Origin: Phascolarctobacterium sp. | GTDB lineage: Bacteria; Bacillota; Negativicutes; Acidaminococcales; Acidaminococcaceae | DNA: 64,000 bases | Assembly: GCA_003150755.1 (NCBI GenBank) | Contig: QAMT01000023.1 | Location: 85,474 to 149,473 of the forward strand | Reading direction: 5' to 3' | Part shown: positions 60,237 through 64,000 of the stretch, piece after piece | How positions within the stretch are numbered: position 1 is the first letter of the stretch | Layout of the letters: every line of letters begins with the position of its first letter | The notes under the pieces: generated by a model | The model's database searches: none | Told to the model about the DNA's origin: nothing | Seen by the model: only the letters and a program-made list of their open reading frames with translations | Program-made: the position numbers and the translations under genes

Positions 60237-61808
60237 TTATAAATGGCGGCTGTTAAGCCATACCGCCAAGACAGAAAACATCAGCATTACCGCAAGCACT
60301 GCGCCAGGCAGCACACTTTTATAAACCAAAGGCCAAACGCACGCCGCCGTAAGCACCCAAACGCCGCCCAGCCACAAAGCAATCCTGTTATTTTGCCTGC
60401 ACAGTTTTTGCAGTTTTTTACTCTGTTTTATGGCTTCCGCCAGATTATTTATTTTTCCGTCCATCAGCACAAGCCCGCCGGACTGCGCTGCCTGGCGGCT
60501 GTAAAAAACAACTTGGACTTCCGCAGCATTGCCGCGCTTGAGCACTGCCAAAAATTCACCGGCACGGCAAAAGGTTTCTGCCAGTTCTTTTTGGTGTTCT
60601 TCCGTAAGTTCTGCTACCGTCTGCGCAAAGCCCGCTTTGCTGCCTGCGTATTCTGCCGCCTGCTTGCCGCCGCCAGCAAACATTACCGTGCGCACGCCCA
60701 AAGCAGCAAGTTCTGTAAGCGCAGGCGTAATGCCCATATCAATACGCTGGCCAATAGCAATAATGCCCAGCAGAGCCCTGCCCGCAGTTATGTAAAACAC
60801 AGTTTTGCCTTGCGCGTTAAAATCAGCTTCGCATTTGGCAAATTCCGGCGGTATATTAGCCACACCGGCAACAAAAGCCAACCGCCCCAAGCGGATATTT
60901 TTACGGCTGCACTGCGCCGTTATGCCGCCGCGCAGTTTGATTACATTACTGCATACCGGCAGTTCCATACCCGCAGCTTCTTTTTGCAGCAACACCGCCT
61001 GCGACCAACCTGCCGCACTTGTTACAGCCGCCGCCAGTGCCAGAAGCTGTGCTTCGCTGGTGCTGACGCCGATAACATCTGTAATTTCCTGCTCACCGGT
61101 TTGAATAAAGCTTTCATCAAATACGGCCATTGTAAGCTGCCTGCTGTTGGCAGCAGAAGCCGCATCGTTAAACCTGTAACCCTGGCTTTGCGCTTTTTGT
61201 GCAGCATAATATAGCGGCAAACTTTCTCCCAGCATAAATACGCCTGCACCTGCTGCTATAAGCACACTGCCAAGCACCTGCCACGCTGCCGCCGCGCCAA
61301 GTCCGTAAAACCACCAGCTAAGCGCCGCTGCAATTGCCAGCGCAAACACAACCGGCAGTACAAACGCCGCCGTTTTTTCCGGCAATTCACTTTCGTCCTC
61401 AACCGGTTCAGCAAGGCCGCTTTGTTCTTTTGCGTAATCTGCGGCAAAAATTATAAGCAGCATCAGCGCCAGCGGTGCAAATAACAGGCTGTTAAGATTT
61501 GCCGCGCCATGCACGCTGCTTATGCCAGCAGCAACACTTGCAATAAGCCCGCCGGTGCAGCTTGCAAACGCCAGTCCGCTCATTGACGGTATACCGCTGA
61601 ACAAAAGCTGCCTGCCTCTGCGCAAAACCGGCCTGGCATAATACAAAAGCGGTGCCAAAAGCACGATTTGCCCAGCAAAAAGCGCAGCTTTAACACGCCA
61701 ATCCGCCTGCGGCGCAAAAAACGGCACCGCCGACAGCACCAATAAACATGCGGTCAGCCAAAAGCATATTTTTAAATTTTTTCTGCTTTCTTTTTTTTCA
61801 GTTATCAT
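60237..61808 (-). CDS. Degenerate P1B-type (heavy-metal) ATPase homologue lacking catalytic motifs
   Basis: 523 aa. P1B-like TM core (YYARPVLRRGRQLL..) and a recognisable P/N-domain scaffold. DKTGT is replaced by DESFIQT, the CPC region by AGAGVFMLGESLP, and TGD by AGG. There is no GDGxNDxP, actuator domain or HMA domain. Confidence 0.55.
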   Translation of the reverse strand: MITEKKESRKNLKICFWLTACLLVLSAVPFFAPQADWRVKAALFAGQIVLLAPLLYYARPVLRRGRQLLFSGIPSMSGLAFASCTGGLIASVAAGISSVHGAANLNSLLFAPLALMLLIIFAADYAKEQSGLAEPVEDESELPEKTAAFVLPVVFALAIAAALSWWFYGLGAAAAWQVLGSVLIAAGAGVFMLGESLPLYYAAQKAQSQGYRFNDAASAANSRQLTMAVFDESFIQTGEQEITDVIGVSTSEAQLLALAAAVTSAAGWSQAVLLQKEAAGMELPVCSNVIKLRGGITAQCSRKNIRLGRLAFVAGVANIPPEFAKCEADFNAQGKTVFYITAGRALLGIIAIGQRIDMGITPALTELAALGVRTVMFAGGGKQAAEYAGSKAGFAQTVAELTEEHQKELAETFCRAGEFLAVLKRGNAAEVQVVFYSRQAAQSGGLVLMDGKINNLAEAIKQSKKLQKLCRQNNRIALWLGGVWVLTAACVWPLVYKSVLPGAVLAVMLMFSVLAVWLNSRHL

Positions 61809-61812
61809 AATT

Positions 61813-62625
61813 TCAACGCTTTACGCCTACCTCTATCCTCATTAAATAATCGTCCGCATAACGCTCGGACATGTAATTGGTAATATCGTTCTGATATAGA
61901 TTACCGCACACGGTATAGCCCAGCTCTGCAATCTCTGCGCAAAACCTGCGGTATTCGTCCGTAAGTGCATAATAAGAGTTGCGGATGTATTTTACTGCAT
62001 AAGTTCCCGCCGGTTTAATATGCAAATAGCGGCTTTTAATTTTTTTATTTATATATGAAGAAAAAGAACTTACAGCAAAGCTGCCGTTTTTAATATTTTC
62101 GTAATTTATTATTTCGCCGGTTACAAAATCATCGTAAGAATTGTGCTTGCTGCAATAATCCCACAGGCGCGATATTGCTTCAAACTGCGCTTTTTCCGAA
62201 CTGTTTTCCGGCTTGTCGCTGGCAATGTAATATTCTTCCGGCATTTCTTCAATAGTGATAACGTCTTCTTCAACGTCAGAAGCCTCGCGCGCCAGCGCCA
62301 GTGTGTTGCGCAAAAGCCTGCGGCGGCGTGTAAGCTGGTCAATTTTTTCTTTCAGGCGCTTGTCCTGCTCTTTTAACAGTTCCACAAAAGCGTCCGTGCC
62401 GCGCTTATCCATATAGTTTTTTATTTCTTCCAGCGACAGTCCAAGCTCTTTTAAAGTTGTTATCAAATCAAACATGTAAATCTGATTCAGCGAATAATAC
62501 CGGTAGCCGTTGGAGGCTGTGCGCAGCGGCTTTAACAGTCCGATATCGTCATAATAAAAAAGCGTATCTTTGGTTGTATTGCAAAACGCGGCAAACTCGC
62601 CAGTTTTTAAAAATCTTTGCGACAA
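61813..62625 (-). CDS. MerR-family regulator with a C-terminal GyrI-like effector-binding domain (BmrR-type)
   Basis: HTH LKTGEFAAFCNTTKDTLFYYDDIGLLKP, a coiled-coil, then an ~150-aa GyrI-like domain. The track ATG at 62661 lies inside the operator dyad. A likely start is the TTG at 62625 (or 62631) after SD AAGGGGG, so the start is uncertain. Confidence 0.8.
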   Translation of the reverse strand: MSQRFLKTGEFAAFCNTTKDTLFYYDDIGLLKPLRTASNGYRYYSLNQIYMFDLITTLKELGLSLEEIKNYMDKRGTDAFVELLKEQDKRLKEKIDQLTRRRRLLRNTLALAREASDVEEDVITIEEMPEEYYIASDKPENSSEKAQFEAISRLWDYCSKHNSYDDFVTGEIINYENIKNGSFAVSSFSSYINKKIKSRYLHIKPAGTYAVKYIRNSYYALTDEYRRFCAEIAELGYTVCGNLYQNDITNYMSERYADDYLMRIEVGVKR

Positions 62626-62640
62626 AATCAAGCCGCCCCC

Positions 62641-62671
62641 TTGACTATGGTGTAGCACCATACTTTAAGAT
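62641..62671 (+). promoter_or_regulatory. MerR-type promoter/operator of the SMR pump genes
   Basis: TTGACT-19 nt-TAAGAT. The 19-nt spacer contains the perfect dyad ATGGTG-tag-CACCAT. Confidence 0.75.
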
Positions 62672-62672
62672 T

Positions 62673-62701
62673 ATTATAGCGGTTAAATTGTTTTACCGCA
62701 A
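62673..62701 (-). promoter_or_regulatory. Divergent overlapping promoter of the merR-type gene
   Basis: Minus strand reads TTGCGG-17 nt-TATAAT. Its predicted transcript start falls on the operator. Confidence 0.6.
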
Positions 62702-62719
62702 GTGAAAGGGTGAAATATT

Positions 62720-63055
62720 ATGAAACATGTCTATATGCTGCTGGCAGCCATTGCGCTTGAAGTATGCGGTACCACATTCATGAAGTTTTCCGTAACGCAC
62801 GAATGGTTCATCGGCTATCCGGTAATGATTATAACCATGGCCTGCTCGTATTTCTGCTTGAGCAAGGCCGTTAAAAAAATTCCCATCAGCGTAGCTTACG
62901 CAATCTGGGAAGGCATCGGGCTTGCAGGCACAGCGTTTATGGCCTGGCTGATTTTTAACGAAACCATGCCGCCTGTAAAACTTATGGCTTTCGGCATCAT
63001 CATCGCCGGGCTGATAATGATTAAAAAAGGCACTTTTAAAATAGGATGTGAATAA
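62720..63055 (+). CDS. Small multidrug resistance (SMR) family protein, paired-type subunit (MdtJ-like)
   Basis: 111 aa, 4 TM segments, conserved membrane Glu in AIALEVCGTTFMKFS. Confidence 0.85.
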   Translation: MKHVYMLLAAIALEVCGTTFMKFSVTHEWFIGYPVMIITMACSYFCLSKAVKKIPISVAYAIWEGIGLAGTAFMAWLIFNETMPPVKLMAFGIIIAGLIMIKKGTFKIGCE

Positions 63056-63377
63056 AATGAAAACAACGGGGCTAATTTATATTATACTCGCCGTAATTAC
63101 AGATGTTACCGCAAACTTCTGTCTAAAAAAATCCAACGGCTTCAGCAGAAAAAAATACGGCTTTGCCTCACTGGCACTTATCGGCGTTGCTTTTATGTTT
63201 ATGGCACAGGCACTGATAACACTTGATTTAAGCATTGCTTACGCCATTTGGGGTGCTTTGGGCATTTTGCTTACCACTTTTGTGGATAAACTGTTTTTTG
63301 GCCTCAGGATAAAACCTCTTGGCTTTTTAGGCATTGCCACTATGATAAGCGGCATTGTCATTTTAAAAATGGTATGA
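63048..63377 (+). CDS. SMR family protein, second subunit (MdtI-like), with Asp at the conserved Glu position
   Basis: 109 aa, 4 TM segments. LAVITDVTANFCLKKSNGF aligns by eye to the MdtI-type LEIVANVFLKFSDGF. 8-nt overlap with the first subunit. Confidence 0.8.
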   Translation: MNKMKTTGLIYIILAVITDVTANFCLKKSNGFSRKKYGFASLALIGVAFMFMAQALITLDLSIAYAIWGALGILLTTFVDKLFFGLRIKPLGFLGIATMISGIVILKMV

Positions 63378-63407
63378 CCCCCCTTATTCTGCTGGATAGG
63401 CAGCAGA

Positions 63408-63438
63408 CCCCCGAAGGCTATACTTCGGGGCTTTTTTG
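63408..63438 (+). terminator. Terminator after the SMR pair
   Basis: cccccgaag-gctata-cttcgggg followed by CTTTTTTG. Confidence 0.8.
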
Positions 63439-63551
63439 TTTAACAATAATATTAAATTTTACATATTTTTAGCGGGTAATTTCATGTAGTGTTTTTTAAT
63501 CTATGGTAAAATATATTATATACAAATTTATTTATGAAAGGGTGGTACCGC

Positions 63552-64000
63552 ATGAAAAAAACCTTATTGACTCTCGCAATTGCCGCAGGCCTTTTTGCCG
63601 CGCCTCTTACAACCGACGTTTTTACAGCTACTGCAGAAGCAAAACCGCTGCCGCCGCGCCCGGCTGCACGCGAAGGTCTGGTGCCGCATCAGGTACGCAT
63701 AGATAACGAACTCAATTCCATCAGCGCACGCTTTAGCATTGATGAATCAACTGTCGAAAAATATTATAACCAGGGCTGGGGCTTTAAAGAACTGCGCCGC
63801 GCAGCATTTTTGGCCTATGCCTCCGGTAAGGATATGGGCGCTGTTTTGGATTTAAAAACAACTAACAGCTGGCCGCGCGTTGAATATAAACTGGGCCTTA
63901 CCCCTAACGATATCAAAGCAGCACACGAGAAAAACGATGCTGAATATTTAAAAACGGTACTTGGCATCGATGAAAGCACCTCGCTGCCGCTTCTTAAGCA
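63552..64000 (+). CDS. Secreted hypothetical protein, 5' part; runs off the right edge
   Basis: My own translation from the ATG at 63552 (SD AAAGGGTGG) gives MKKTLLTLAIAAGLFAAPLTTDVFTATAEAKPLPPRPAAREGLVPHQVRIDNELNSISARF... and stays open to the window end. It has a signal peptide. It replaces the out-of-frame track ORF 63503..63706. Confidence 0.5.
   Translation, partial: MKKTLLTLAIAAGLFAAPLTTDVFTATAEAKPLPPRPAAREGLVPHQVRIDNELNSISARFSIDESTVEKYYNQGWGFKELRRAAFLAYASGKDMGAVLDLKTTNSWPRVEYKLGLTPNDIKAAHEKNDAEYLKTVLGIDESTSLPLLK

Noticed and set aside
63503-63706. Track ORF of 67 aa (MVKYIIYKFIYERV...).
   Set aside because: It is out of frame with a much better candidate starting at 63552, which has an SD and a signal peptide and stays open to the window edge. 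The 67-aa product is Arg/Cys/Ser-rich nonsense.
1-64000. Looked for CRISPR arrays, rRNA genes, IS elements and transposases, integrases, phage structural genes, restriction-modification genes and other recognisable defence systems.
   Set aside because: None was recognisable by eye on either strand. The only toxin-like gene is the Fic protein, and the only repeats are short terminator-type palindromes.

Overview
This is a 64-kb chromosomal segment with about 60 protein genes and no rRNA. I saw no CRISPR array, IS element, transposase, integrase or prophage genes by eye.

The regulatory repertoire is Firmicutes-type: a T-box, CIRCE, yybP-ykoY riboswitches, comEA-comEC-holA synteny and a ComG-like pseudopilin operon. 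An ArnT-like lipid-carrier glycosyltransferase with a PmrAB-like two-component system hints at a diderm, Negativicutes-like host. That host assignment is inference only.

Gene content, left to right:
- pepT (partial) and a folate operon: COG0720 gene, folE2, folP, folK.
- trmL and a secreted glucosaminidase-domain protein.
- A tRNA Asn-Glu-Val cluster.
- An ABC-F ATPase.
- An M20 amidohydrolase / DUF3100 membrane module.
- A GltD/NfnB-like oxidoreductase, then yajQ-ade.
- A large glutamine synthetase with a structured leader.
- holA-comEC-comEA and leuS.
- A pseudopilus operon.
- A class-III-like Fic protein.
- A DASS transporter.
- A two-gene SufC-SufB module, then lgt.
- An HTH regulator plus a small unknown protein.
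- An ArnT-like gene with HK/RR.
- A Na+/solute symporter and tRNA-Arg.
- A UPF0016 Mn exporter and a P-type Ca/Mn ATPase, each behind its own yybP-ykoY Mn riboswitch in one divergent intergenic region.
- A sugar ABC operon.
- An operon of an ICL/PEP-mutase-family enzyme plus a TRAP transporter, behind a T-box leader.
- LemA/TPM.
- An AT-rich MBOAT plus DltD-like island.
- CIRCE-controlled hsp20.
- A MerR regulator co-transcribed with a degenerate P-type-ATPase homologue, divergent from a paired SMR pump.

The most unusual items are:
- the T-box in front of a lyase/TRAP operon;
- the twin divergent Mn riboswitches;
- the catalytically dead P1B-ATPase-like protein;
- the Cys-rich SufC;
- the terminator-containing glutamine synthetase leader;
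- an orphan promoter-to-terminator unit that may be an sRNA.

All calls rest on reading the sequence and on motif recognition. No database search or folding program was run.
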